A DNA stretch of 64,000 bases from an uncultured delta proteobacterium (GTDB lineage: Bacteria > Myxococcota_A > Polyangia > Haliangiales > Haliangiaceae): contig CAVUQH010000005.1 of assembly GCA_963743525.1 (NCBI GenBank), positions 121,400-185,399 on the forward strand, written 5' to 3'. Positions within the stretch are counted from its first letter, which is position 1; every line of letters starts with the position of its first letter. Under the pieces are notes generated by a model that saw nothing but the letters and a program-made list of their open reading frames with translations, did no database searches and was not told the DNA's origin. Made by a program: the position numbers and the translations under genes. This document shows positions 26,545 to 38,933 of the stretch, in pieces.

Positions 26545-27519
26545 ATGGTCACGCGCATCGGCATCTCTCTGGGCGATCCGGCAGGTGTCGGTCCGGAAAT
26601 CGTCGCCGCCGCGCTGCTCGCCGCCGACGCCGCGACCCGTGCCCGCGTGGTGGTGTTCGGCGATCGCCTGCTGCTCGATCGCGCGCTGGCGCAGCGCGGC
26701 GAGAAGCTTCCGCCCGGCGTCGAGGTCGACGATCGCGGCGCGCCCGAGGCGGCGGCTATCTGCCCGGGAGCGCCGTCGGAAGCCAGTGGCCGGGCGCAGG
26801 TCGACTATCTCGAGGCTGCGGTCGGCGCCGCGCGCGCCGGCCGCATCGGCGGCCTGGTGACCGCGCCGATCTCCAAGAGCTGGGCGGCTCGGGCCGGGTT
26901 TCGCTTTCCCGGCCACACCGAGTACCTGGCCAATCGGCTGGGCGCGCCCGATGTGGCGATGATGTTTGCCGGGCCCCGGCTGCGCGTGGTGCTGGTTACC
27001 GTGCACGTGGCGCTGGCCGAGGTGCCCGCGCGCCTCACCGCCGAGCTGATCGACCGCCGCGTGCAGATGGCGGCGCGTACGCTCGCGCGCGACTTCGGCG
27101 TCACCCGCCCGCGAGTCGGTGTGGTCGGCCTCAACCCGCACGCGGGGGAGGGCGGCATGTTCGGCGGCGAAGAGGTCGCGGTCATCGGTCCCGGTATCGA
27201 CGCCGCGCGCCGCGCGTTGGGCGACGCCGCCGAGGTCAGGGGGCCGCTGGTGCCCGACGCCGCCTTTCGCGCCGCAGTGTCCGGCGAACACGACGTGCTG
27301 GTGGCGATGTACCACGACCAGGCGCTGATCCCGGTCAAGCTGATCGACTTCGAGGAAGCGGTCAACGTCACGCTGGGGCTGCCGATCGTGCGCACGTCAC
27401 CCGATCACGGGACCGCCTACGACATCGCCGGCAGTGGCCGCGCGCGGGCCGGCAGCTTTGCTGCCGCGCTGCGTCTGGCCTGCGAGCTGACCGATCGGCG
27501 AGCGACCAGTCGCGGGTAG
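26545..27519 (+). CDS. pdxA: 4-hydroxythreonine-4-phosphate dehydrogenase PdxA
   Basis: GDPAGVGPE, TAPISK, PGHTEYL, GLNPHAGE, AMYHDQ, RTSPDHGTAYDIAG. Confidence 0.95.
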   Translation: MVTRIGISLGDPAGVGPEIVAAALLAADAATRARVVVFGDRLLLDRALAQRGEKLPPGVEVDDRGAPEAAAICPGAPSEASGRAQVDYLEAAVGAARAGRIGGLVTAPISKSWAARAGFRFPGHTEYLANRLGAPDVAMMFAGPRLRVVLVTVHVALAEVPARLTAELIDRRVQMAARTLARDFGVTRPRVGVVGLNPHAGEGGMFGGEEVAVIGPGIDAARRALGDAAEVRGPLVPDAAFRAAVSGEHDVLVAMYHDQALIPVKLIDFEEAVNVTLGLPIVRTSPDHGTAYDIAGSGRARAGSFAAALRLACELTDRRATSRG

Positions 27520-27530
27520 CCGGCGCTCGC

Positions 27531-28220
<690 letters not shown>

Positions 28221-28271
28221 GACTGCGGAATGTAGCAGTGCTCGCAAGAGGCAACAAGACTGTAACGATAA

Positions 28272-29075
28272 TTACCAAGGTCTTTCCGCCGGAGGGGCGG
28301 TGGCCCCCCGGCGGCCGCTCCAGATGAGCAAACCACCGCAGACGCACAGGAATCCGCAAATCAGGCCCCACATCAGAGGAAAGGTGTGGAGGCTCCAGGT
28401 CGCCGCGGGGATCACTTCGGCGCCGACGATCAGCACCAGGGCGTTGTTGAGGAAGTGCATGACCATACCCGGCAGCACGCTGTCGGTGGCCAGGCAGGCG
28501 GCGCCCAGCACCAGGCCGAAGGCGGAGGTCGTGGCCATGTGCGCCGGGTGAAGGTGGGTGACGCCGAACAGCAGCGCCGACAACACGACCGCTCCCGCCG
28601 GGCCGAGCCGGGAGCGCAGCCCACGACAGAGGGCTCCGCGCATCAGCAGCTCTTCGCACAGCGCCGGCATCACCGACACGATGGTGATGATCAGCCACAG
28701 CGGCAGGCTGCCGGCGAGCAGGCTCTGGTCGAGGGAGCGCACCAGGTCGCGGCCGTGCAGGTAGCGGTCGGCCAGCGGTGCGACCAGCTGCAGGTTGACG
28801 TACCAGAACGACGATCCGATCAGCACGGCGCCCAGCATCGCGCGCCCGCGCGCCCGGCGAAGGCCCAGCAGCGCGGCGGCGCCGGTGATCGTCTCGCTGC
28901 GCACACCGGCCGCGATCGCCGCCGGACCGGCGATGCACATGAGCTGCACCACGATCATCGCCGACAGTCCCAGCCACATGTACATCGCCGGCGCGACGAC
29001 GATCAGCGACGCCAGCGCGACGGCGTAGGCGATCAGCGCCTCGAGTGCTGGCAGCTGGCGGGTCGGCGGGCGCAT
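28272..29075 (-). CDS. CPBP (CAAX/Abi) family intramembrane glutamic protease
   Basis: EELLMRG, LFGVTH, HFLNN motifs; multiple TM helices. Confidence 0.88.
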   Translation of the reverse strand: MRPPTRQLPALEALIAYAVALASLIVVAPAMYMWLGLSAMIVVQLMCIAGPAAIAAGVRSETITGAAALLGLRRARGRAMLGAVLIGSSFWYVNLQLVAPLADRYLHGRDLVRSLDQSLLAGSLPLWLIITIVSVMPALCEELLMRGALCRGLRSRLGPAGAVVLSALLFGVTHLHPAHMATTSAFGLVLGAACLATDSVLPGMVMHFLNNALVLIVGAEVIPAATWSLHTFPLMWGLICGFLCVCGGLLIWSGRRGATAPPAERPW

Positions 29076-29083
29076 GTCGGGCC

Positions 29084-29674
29084 ATGGTACAAGAGGTCGT
29101 GCGCGGCTTCCTCCTGGGGTTGATCTTCGGTGCGGTTCTCGGCGCCGGCGGTGTCTACGGGGCCCTCGAGCGCCCCTGGCGGTCCCACGCCACGACCGCC
29201 GACGTGGCCCCGGATGCCGGGCCCGCGGCTCCGAGCAAGAGCAAGCGCAAGCGCCGCCGGCACAAGCGCCGCGCCGGCACCGACGACGCTCCGCCCGTGC
29301 TCACCGCCGCCGATCGCAAGCTGGCGTGGAAGGGCGACGCCGTGTCGATGCCGGCCAAGACCATGGACATGGGCGCCGGCGGCTCGTCCGGCCGGTCGAT
29401 GAACGCCGACGAGATCAACGGCACCATCAAGTCCGACTCCGATGCCGTCGTTCGCTGCATCACCGACGCCACCGGCGAAGCCGACCTGGCCGCCGACGTT
29501 ACCTTGAAGATGCTGGTCAACGGCGACGGTCGCGTGCGCAAGATGCGCATGCGCGCGCCGCAGTACCTGTTCGACCAGGGCGCCTACGGCTGCGTCCGCA
29601 GCGCGGCCATGGCCATGCGCTTCCCCGCCACCGGCGACTACACGGTCGTCACCGCGCCGTTCACGCTCAACTGA
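29084..29674 (+). CDS. Membrane-anchored protein with TonB-C/AgmX-PglI-like C-terminal domain
   Basis: N-terminal TM helix, basic linker, C...C pair and MRFP...VTAPF ending. Confidence 0.55.
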   Translation: MVQEVVRGFLLGLIFGAVLGAGGVYGALERPWRSHATTADVAPDAGPAAPSKSKRKRRRHKRRAGTDDAPPVLTAADRKLAWKGDAVSMPAKTMDMGAGGSSGRSMNADEINGTIKSDSDAVVRCITDATGEADLAADVTLKMLVNGDGRVRKMRMRAPQYLFDQGAYGCVRSAAMAMRFPATGDYTVVTAPFTLN

Positions 29675-29677
29675 GCG

Positions 29678-31420
<1,743 letters not shown>

Positions 31421-31472
31421 CCGCTGGAGCATAGCTCGGTCCGGCGTCCCGTGCCCGCGATACAATCGGTCC

Positions 31473-34400
31473 GTGCTGGGGTTCGAGGTCCGCGCCGGGG
31501 AGGGGCGGCTGGTCGGCCGGGCGGCGGCCGTGGCCGCGCTGGCGGGAGCGGCGGTGGCGATGGTCGCCAGCGCCTCGGACGCCCTGTTCGTGTCGCGGGT
31601 GGGCGTCCGCCAGCTGGGCACCCTGTTCGCGGTGTCGAGCGCGGCGCTGGTCGTGGTCCTGGGCTACGTCGGCGCGCTGGCCGACCGCGTCAACCGCGGG
31701 CGGCTGCTCCTCGGCCTGGCCGCGGTCGCCGCGCTGGTGGTCGCCGGCCTGGCCGCCGGTCTCGAGCTGGCGCCGGGACCGGTCTCGGTGCTGGCGGTGG
31801 TCCTGGGCAAGCAGCTGGCAGCCGCCTTCGACCTGGCGTTCTGGGTGCTGATCGCCGAGCGCCTCGACGCCCGGCAGGGGCGCCGGCTGGTGCCGCTGCT
31901 GGTCACCGCGTCGGGAGTCGGGACCACGCTCGGCGCCTTTGCCGTCGACCCGATCGCCGGTGCGCTCGGCGCCCGCGGCGTGCTGGCGGTGGCGGCGGCG
32001 ATCTACGTCGTCTGCGGCGCCGCCTCGGCCGGGTTGTCGCGCGCCGACCTGGGTCGCGCGATTCCCGAGCCGACGTCGCGCCGTCCGCCGGCGTGGCGCG
32101 GCGGGTGGCAGGCAGTCCGGCAGCGGCCGCTGGCCGGGCGGCTGGCGCTGCTCGTCGCCGTCGCCGGCGCGTTCGCGCCGATTCTCTACTACCTGTTCGG
32201 TGTCGCCGCCGCCGCGCGCTTTCCCGACGAGGTCGCGCTGGCCGGCTTCCTCGGTCACTACCGGGGCGCGGTGCAGGTGGCGATCCTTCTGGCCGCGTTC
32301 CTGACGCCGGGGCTGCTCGCGCGGTTGGGCGTGGCGCCGGCGCTGCTGGTCGCGCCGATCGGCGCCGTCGCCGCCGCGGCGGTGATTGGTCTGGGCGGCG
32401 GCCTGGTGGTCATCGCCGCGGCGCAGGCGTCGGCGCGGCTGTTCGACACCGCGGTCGAGACACCGGCCGAGAAGCTGGTGCTCAACTTGTTGCCGCGCCA
32501 GGTGCGCGGTCGCGTGCAGGGGTTCGTCGACGGGGTGGCCAAGCGCGCGGGCGCCATCGCCGGTGGCCTGGCGGCGTCGGCGCTGGTGGTGTGGCCGCAC
32601 ATCCTGGCGGCGGTGACCATCGTCGTCGCGGCGATGTGGACGGCGGCTGCGTGGCGCCTGCGCCGTCGCTTCGCCGAGCTGGCGGTGGCCGAGCTGGCGG
32701 CGCGGCCGCGGGCGGGCGAGGGCGGCGACGCCGCGGCGCAGCTGGGCGACGAGCGCAGCCTGCGCACGTTGCGCCGCGAGCTGGTCCGCGGTGGCGGCCG
32801 TCGCGCGCTGGCGGTGGAGCTCTTGCTCGAGCTCGACGCCGGGCGCGGTCGGGTCAACGCCGCTGCCGAGCTGGCCCACGCCGCGGCGAAGGTCTACGGC
32901 GAGGAGCGGCGCGAGCTCCTGCGCGCTCTCGATCGGCTGATCCAGTCGGGTGGCGAGCGCCGGTTGCCACCGGCGGCGGCCGACGCGCTGCTCGGCCTGC
33001 TCGGCGAGGCCGATGAAGAGCGCGCGCTGGCGGTGGCGGTGCTCGGGCGGGTCACCGCCAGCGGCGATCACGCCGCGGTGCTGTCGCTCACCGGCATGGC
33101 CGACGATGCGCAGGAGGCCCACGTGCGCATGGTTGCGCGGCTGGCGCTGGCGCGCATTCGCGGCGACGCCGACGAGCTGGAGGCGCTGATCGACGACTGC
33201 CTCTACGACGGTGGGCCCGGCGAGCGCGCCGCTGCCATCGCCGAGCTGCGCTCCGATCTGGCCCGGGCGCTGGGCCAGGTGCCGGCGGATCTCGAGCGGG
33301 CGATGACGCGGGCGCGGGCGTTGCTCCGCGCGCTGCGCCGGCAGCCGCCCGAGCCGGCCGAGGTCGCCGGGTTGTCGGCACTGGCCGACGTCGTCGGCGC
33401 GGCGCGGGATGCCGGCGCTGGCGCCGAGCTGGTGCTGCTGTCGACCGATGCGCGGGCGCTGGCCATGCGCGCGCTGGACGCATCGTCGGCGCCGGTACGC
33501 GCGGCCGCGGTCGGCCTCCTGGCGCGGCTCGGCGACGCCGCCGACGCCCACGCTGTCGCCGGCGCGCTGGCCGACGTCGACGACGACGTGCGCCAGGCGG
33601 CGGCCCGCGGCCTGCGCGGCATGGGCCAGGTCGCGCTGGAGGTGTTGCTGGTGCTGGCCAGCTACGGTCGGCGCCAGGCGCGCAACGCCGCGCTCGAGAT
33701 CGTGCGCGACCTGCGGCCGTCGAGCGCCGAGCTCGACGATCTGATCGAGCGCGAGCTGGGCGAGATCGAGGCGACCACCGCGCGGCTGTCGGCGCTGGGC
33801 GAGCTGCCCGGGGCGACGCTGCTCGTGCGCCGGCTCGACGAGCGGGTGGGCGAGGCGGCGCACACCCTGCTCCTGGCGCTGGAGGCCAAGCTCGGCCAGG
33901 CGACCATCGGCGAGGCGGCCCGGCGGTTCCTCCGCGCGCGCGATCCGATCGCCCGCGCGCGCGCACTGGAGGCGCTCGACACGGTGTTGCCGCGATCGAT
34001 CGCGCGACGCGTGCTGGCGCCGCTGGATGCCGGGCCCGCCGCCGAGCGATCGCTGTCCGCGGCCCGCCGCCTGGGCAGCGATTTGCCCACCGCCGAGGAT
34101 GCGGTGCGCGCCGAGCTCGACGGTCCCGATCACCTGGCGCGGGCACTGGTGCTCTACGCCCTGGGCGAGAGCGGCCGCGCCCGCCACCGCGATGCCATCG
34201 CCGCCGCCGCCGCCCGCGCGGTCCGCGACGCCGATCCGCTGCAGCTGATCCGCCGCCTGGCCGGCGCCGCCCCGGCCAACGAAGACCAACCGACCGAATC
34301 ACCCGCGGCCGACGCCGCGACGACGGAGGACGAGATGCCGAGAACCGTGGAGACCCTGATCGCGCTCAGCCAGGTGCCGATCTTCAGCGAGCTGACCACC

Positions 34401-34760
34401 CGCCAGCTGGCCGACCTGGCCGAGGTGGTCAGCTGGCACAACGCCCGCGCCGGTCAGGCGCTGGTCGAGCAGGGTGAGGCCGGCGGCGCCATGTTCTTCA
34501 TCGTCTCCGGCGAGGTCGAGGTCACCGCCGGCGGGCGCACTCTCGGCCATCTCGGCGCCGGCGAGGTGTTCGGCGAGATGGCGCTGTTCGAGGACGAGTC
34601 GCGCTCGGCCACCGTCACCGCCGGCGGCCGGGTTCGCGTCGGTCGCATCGAGCGCGCCGACTTCGAGGAGCTGGTCGAAGACGTCCCCGGCATCGCCCTG
34701 GCCATCTGCCGGGTCCTCAGCCGCCGTGTCCGCACCCTCAACGCCGAGCTTGCCGCCTAG
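31473..34760 (+). CDS. Npt1/MFS-like membrane domain + HEAT repeats + cNMP-binding domain fusion
   Basis: About 12 TM helices, FW..AERLDARQGRRL; HEAT (VRQAAARGL); VPIFSEL...GEVFGEMALF..RSATV. Confidence 0.8.
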   Translation: MLGFEVRAGEGRLVGRAAAVAALAGAAVAMVASASDALFVSRVGVRQLGTLFAVSSAALVVVLGYVGALADRVNRGRLLLGLAAVAALVVAGLAAGLELAPGPVSVLAVVLGKQLAAAFDLAFWVLIAERLDARQGRRLVPLLVTASGVGTTLGAFAVDPIAGALGARGVLAVAAAIYVVCGAASAGLSRADLGRAIPEPTSRRPPAWRGGWQAVRQRPLAGRLALLVAVAGAFAPILYYLFGVAAAARFPDEVALAGFLGHYRGAVQVAILLAAFLTPGLLARLGVAPALLVAPIGAVAAAAVIGLGGGLVVIAAAQASARLFDTAVETPAEKLVLNLLPRQVRGRVQGFVDGVAKRAGAIAGGLAASALVVWPHILAAVTIVVAAMWTAAAWRLRRRFAELAVAELAARPRAGEGGDAAAQLGDERSLRTLRRELVRGGGRRALAVELLLELDAGRGRVNAAAELAHAAAKVYGEERRELLRALDRLIQSGGERRLPPAAADALLGLLGEADEERALAVAVLGRVTASGDHAAVLSLTGMADDAQEAHVRMVARLALARIRGDADELEALIDDCLYDGGPGERAAAIAELRSDLARALGQVPADLERAMTRARALLRALRRQPPEPAEVAGLSALADVVGAARDAGAGAELVLLSTDARALAMRALDASSAPVRAAAVGLLARLGDAADAHAVAGALADVDDDVRQAAARGLRGMGQVALEVLLVLASYGRRQARNAALEIVRDLRPSSAELDDLIERELGEIEATTARLSALGELPGATLLVRRLDERVGEAAHTLLLALEAKLGQATIGEAARRFLRARDPIARARALEALDTVLPRSIARRVLAPLDAGPAAERSLSAARRLGSDLPTAEDAVRAELDGPDHLARALVLYALGESGRARHRDAIAAAAARAVRDADPLQLIRRLAGAAPANEDQPTESPAADAATTEDEMPRTVETLIALSQVPIFSELTTRQLADLAEVVSWHNARAGQALVEQGEAGGAMFFIVSGEVEVTAGGRTLGHLGAGEVFGEMALFEDESRSATVTAGGRVRVGRIERADFEELVEDVPGIALAICRVLSRRVRTLNAELAA

Positions 34761-36717
34761 CTAGTGGGCGCCGACGTACGGGCGCGACTGGACGATCCAC
34801 ACCTCTTCGCCCTTGAGCAGCCACTCGACGTCGAGCGGTGAGTCGGCGGGGAACAGCGGGCGGAACTTCATCACCGCGGTGGCCAGGCGCTTGGCCCGCG
34901 CCTCGGTCAGGATGACGCCGCCGTCGGGCGTCGGCACCTCCTTGACGCCGCCGCCGGGGCTGAACACCAGCATCACCGGGTCGTCCGAGCGGCTGATGAT
35001 CTTGGTGCCGTCGTTGGACGTGTCGAAGATGATCTGCTCGGGCACGCGGGTGCCCTCGACCACGCGGATGCCGAGGCCGCGCTTGGCGTTGATGGTGAAC
35101 GAGTCGTCGTCCTCGGGGTTGTACAGGTTGGCGGTGATCAGCACTCCGGCGGCGGTGGCGTTGACGCCGACCTGGATGAGGATGCCCGGGTAGACCTGGC
35201 GGTTGTCGATGCCGAACAGCGCTCGCTCTTCGACGGCGCGGAAGTTCCACAGCGACGCCCACACCTGCTTGACCGCCTCGCCCAGCTGGTGGCGCCCGCG
35301 CACGTTGGGCACGGTGTCGTAGAGGCCGGCGCCGTTGAAGCCGGGCAGGTCCTCGGCGTTGGTTGACGAGCGGACGAACACGCCGACGCCACCCAGCTTG
35401 ATGCGCACCCGCTTGTACAGCGCCGCCTCGACCTCGGGATCGATCGGCGCCTCGCGGATCGCCCGCTGCAGGTCGGCCAGCTGCTGCTTGCGCCAGGCGA
35501 CGTCCTTCTTCCACAGCGGGTCCGACAGCATCCGGTCGATGCGCGCGTCGAGGCCGTGCTGCCGGAGGTGCTGGACGTAGTAGAAGAACGGCACGCCGAA
35601 GCCCTTGGGCACGTTGACCCCGTCGATGTGCGCCGACGCGATCTCTCCCAGGTTGGACCCCTTGGTGCCGAACTTGGTCACGTCGGTGGCGCGCATGTGG
35701 TCGAGCATCGGCAGGTCGGCGTCGGTCAGGTTGGCCGGGGGCAGATCGACCCGACGGGCCGCGTCCATCTTCTTCTGCAGCTCCTCGATCTCGGCCCTGG
35801 TCGCCAGGCGCAACACGTGCTTGGTGTCGCCGACCTCGTAATAGACGACCTTGCCGTCGAGCTTGGCGTAGTCCTTTTCGGCGTTGACGTAACCGGCGTT
35901 GGGGATGCCCCAGGCGCCGGCGCGCAGGTTGACGTGCGACAGCGGCGTGGAGAAGACCGTCGAACATGATGCCGGAGACCGGCGAGATGTCCGGGTAGCT
36001 CTCCTGCAGGATGACGATGTCGTGGCGGTCGAAGGTCAGCTGGTCGTACGGCGTGCCCGGCGGCACCACCCGCAGGGTGCCGACCGCGCGGCCCTTGTTG
36101 AAGGCCTGGTACGGCGCTTCCTTGTAGATCTCGTCGTTGGTGACGATCTGGAGGTGAAACTTGCGCTTCACCTCCCTGGCCACCTTCTCCTGCATCGGCG
36201 AGTCGGGGCGGAACGGTAGGTTCTTGATGAAGAAGGTCTGGTTGAGCCGGTCCCACGCCCGCTTGATGGTAGGCGCGTCGATCTTGTCGCCTTCCCAGAA
36301 CGACAGCGTCAGCTTGTTGACCTTCAGGTGCTGGGTCAAGTAGCCGAGGATGAAGCGCGGCTTCACCTGCTCGTAGTTCTTGTTGTACTCGATGATGTTC
36401 TCGCGGTTCCACTCCTGCTTGAGCAGCACCCCGAGCACGAAGTCGGCGTGGATCTTGAAGACGTTGACGTCGAAGAAGTAGATCGCGTTGGTGTGGACGT
36501 CGATGACGAACTTGCCGTAGCGATCGGAGCCCAGCTGGCGTGAGTAGCGCAGCCAGGTCGCCTGGTCGGGGATCGACTTGACGTAGATCCGCTGGGCCGC
36601 CGGCGGCGGCGCCGGCGCTCCTCGATCGGGCGGCGCTTCGTCGGCACGCGCGGTCGAAATCGTAAGCGCGACGACGGCGCACGCCACCCCAATTGCCAGC
36701 CTGCGGGCTCCCCTCAT
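34761..36717 (-). CDS. Signal-peptide-bearing PEP-utiliser family protein (phospho-His swivel + PPDK/PEPS ATP-grasp domain); apparent frameshift at about 35962
   Basis: ARA/DE signal; STPLSHVNL; GTKGSNLGE, VRSSTNAEDLPGFNGAGLY, DVEW..IVQSRP. Confidence 0.8.
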
Positions 36718-36773
36718 CGCCGCGAGCATAGCACCAGTACCGCGGACGCGGTTCGCCGCGTATGCTGCGCGGC

Positions 36774-37184
36774 ATGCTCGGCCAACGCGATCTAGACGAC
36801 CTCGGCCGCCTCGTCCTCCGCGTGACCATCGGCGGCCTGCTCCTCCTCCACGGCATTCACAAGCTGCGCCACGGCGTCGGCGGTATCGCCGACCATTTGC
36901 ACGATCGGGGGCTGCCCGGGTTCGTCGCCTATGGCGTCTACATCGGCGAGGTCGTCGCCCCGGCGGCGATGATCGCCGGCGTTCGCGCGCGCCTGGCCGG
37001 GCTGGTGGTCGCCTTCAACATGCTGGTGGCGATCCTCCTGGTCCACCCGGGCGACATCGCCAGCCTCAGCGGCTCCGGCGCCTGGCGCATCGAGCTGCCG
37101 GCGCTCTACCTGCTCGGCGCCATCGCGGTGTTCCTGCTCGGCGCCGGGCGGTTCGCGCTGTCTCGAGACAGCCGCATGGACTAG
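36774..37184 (+). CDS. DoxX family membrane protein
   Basis: LRVTIGGLLLLHGIHK, GEVVAP, ELPALYL..GAGRFAL. Confidence 0.88.
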   Translation: MLGQRDLDDLGRLVLRVTIGGLLLLHGIHKLRHGVGGIADHLHDRGLPGFVAYGVYIGEVVAPAAMIAGVRARLAGLVVAFNMLVAILLVHPGDIASLSGSGAWRIELPALYLLGAIAVFLLGAGRFALSRDSRMD

Positions 37185-37801
37185 CGGCCGACGAACGAGT
37201 AGGTGTGCTGGAAGCTGGCCCGCTCGGCGGCGGTGCGGCGGTAGGTGAGGATGGTGCTGCGGACCACCGCCTGACCTTTTTCGGTGTCGCCTTCGGCCAG
37301 CTGCAGCTCGAGGTAGTCGCTCTTCGACGTGCTCGCCTTGGGGTCGTCGTTGTTGCGCTTGGCGGCCAACAGGCGCAGCTGGTTGTCGCCCGGGTGGACC
37401 CATTTGGTGATGTCGATGGCGGCCGCGGCGGCGTTGGACCGCACCGTGGTGACACGTGTGCCGTTGACGTAGACGGTGACGTCGTAGCCACTGGCGCCCC
37501 GTCGGCTCTCGCGCGAGACCAGGAAATAGTGGCGGCTCAGCTCGGCCGGGACTGCCTTCTTCTTGGCCGGCGCCTTGCTGCCCTCCTCCTTGGTGTGGAC
37601 CTCGAAGCCGGGCGCGGTGATGTGGATATTGCCCTTGGCGTCGAAGCTGACCGTGCAGTGGTCGAACGACGCGACCGGCAGCTCTACGCCGTCGAGGTCG
37701 ACGCCGTTGAGGTAGACGGTCCGGTGGGGTGGGGCGGCGGTCGCAGCCGCGGGGAGCGCCAGCACGGTGGCCAGCGCGAGCGCGAGGGCGCAGTTACGCA
37801 T
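37181..37801 (-). CDS. Secreted hypothetical protein
   Basis: AAGGAGG RBS; signal peptide; beta-rich, DITKWVHPGDN. Confidence 0.7.
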   Translation of the reverse strand: MRNCALALALATVLALPAAATAAPPHRTVYLNGVDLDGVELPVASFDHCTVSFDAKGNIHITAPGFEVHTKEEGSKAPAKKKAVPAELSRHYFLVSRESRRGASGYDVTVYVNGTRVTTVRSNAAAAAIDITKWVHPGDNQLRLLAAKRNNDDPKASTSKSDYLELQLAEGDTEKGQAVVRSTILTYRRTAAERASFQHTYSFVGR

Positions 37802-37864
37802 GGGGGCCTCCTTGGCTCCAGCATAGCTGACGAGCGAGGCCGGTCCGGAATTCAGTCGTCCGGC

Positions 37865-38905
37865 TCAGTCGTCCAGTAGACCGGGGTCGGTCTTGTCGTC
37901 GGCGTCCTGGTCGAGGACGTAGATCATCATGTACGCCTCGGCCGTCCGCCGCGGACCCTCGGCGCCGGCCATGATGCGGAAGTCGGCGGCCAGCTGCCGG
38001 CGATAGTAGGAGCGGTACAGCGCCATCGGGTCGATCTCGCCCGACGGATCCAGCTCTTCGATCTTGCGGCCGAGGATCTCGCTGGCCCACTGCGGCTGGA
38101 TCGAGTCGCGGCCGTGGGCGCGCATCGCGTCGCCCAGGATCTGCAGCTCCTCGTAGGTCATGTTGAACAGGAACTCTTCGAACGCCTGGCCCTCGGAGCG
38201 CGACACTTCTTCGCGGCAGAAGAACTCGAGGAACTGGTTGGGACAGTTCTCCGACACCAGGCGGAAATACTCGGTGGTGCCGAGCAGGCAGCCGAGCTTG
38301 CTCGACACCTTGTTGCGCGCGTGCCAGGCCGACTCGAGGATGGGTGAGAAATCGTCGATCTCCAGCTGGGCGTTGTCCCAGATGGTGATCAGCTGATTGG
38401 CCGCGCGCCGCTTGGTCGCGCGGGTGACGTTGGGCTTGCGCAGCAGCGCCAGGAGCAGCTCCTCGGCCAGCAGCGTGTAGATCGACTGCGCCAGCTCCTC
38501 GCGCAGGTCGTGTCCCAGCTTGGCGAAGTCGTTGTCGTCGGACTCGAGGTTCTTGGTCAACTTCACCAGTCCGCGAAGGAACTGGATCTTGGCCAGGAGG
38601 AACGTCCGCGACAGCGTCAACTTGAACGGCAGCTCGAGGTCGCCCCCGAGGCCGTCGATCCGCGTCAGGTGGTTGACCAGCGTGCTCTCGTTGCGGACGT
38701 CCAGGGCCAGTTGCTTGTCGCGGCGCAGTGACGGCGACGCGTCGAGCATCTCGTTGATGGTCGCCAGCCGCCGGAGCAGCGAGCGCAACACCGCCGCGTC
38801 TTCGGGATTGTGATCACCGATCGCAGCGAGAGCCGCTCCTACCAGTGGCCGTTCTTCTTTGTCGAACAGCCGAATCGCGGTCACCGACTCGGAGCCGCTG
38901 GACAT
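37865..38905 (-). CDS. Hypothetical all-helical cytoplasmic protein
   Basis: 346-aa ORF with host-like codon usage; no recognised motif. Confidence 0.7.
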   Translation of the reverse strand: MSSGSESVTAIRLFDKEERPLVGAALAAIGDHNPEDAAVLRSLLRRLATINEMLDASPSLRRDKQLALDVRNESTLVNHLTRIDGLGGDLELPFKLTLSRTFLLAKIQFLRGLVKLTKNLESDDNDFAKLGHDLREELAQSIYTLLAEELLLALLRKPNVTRATKRRAANQLITIWDNAQLEIDDFSPILESAWHARNKVSSKLGCLLGTTEYFRLVSENCPNQFLEFFCREEVSRSEGQAFEEFLFNMTYEELQILGDAMRAHGRDSIQPQWASEILGRKIEELDPSGEIDPMALYRSYYRRQLAADFRIMAGAEGPRRTAEAYMMIYVLDQDADDKTDPGLLDD

Positions 38906-38933
38906 GGCCATAGGCTACCACCGACTCCCGCGG

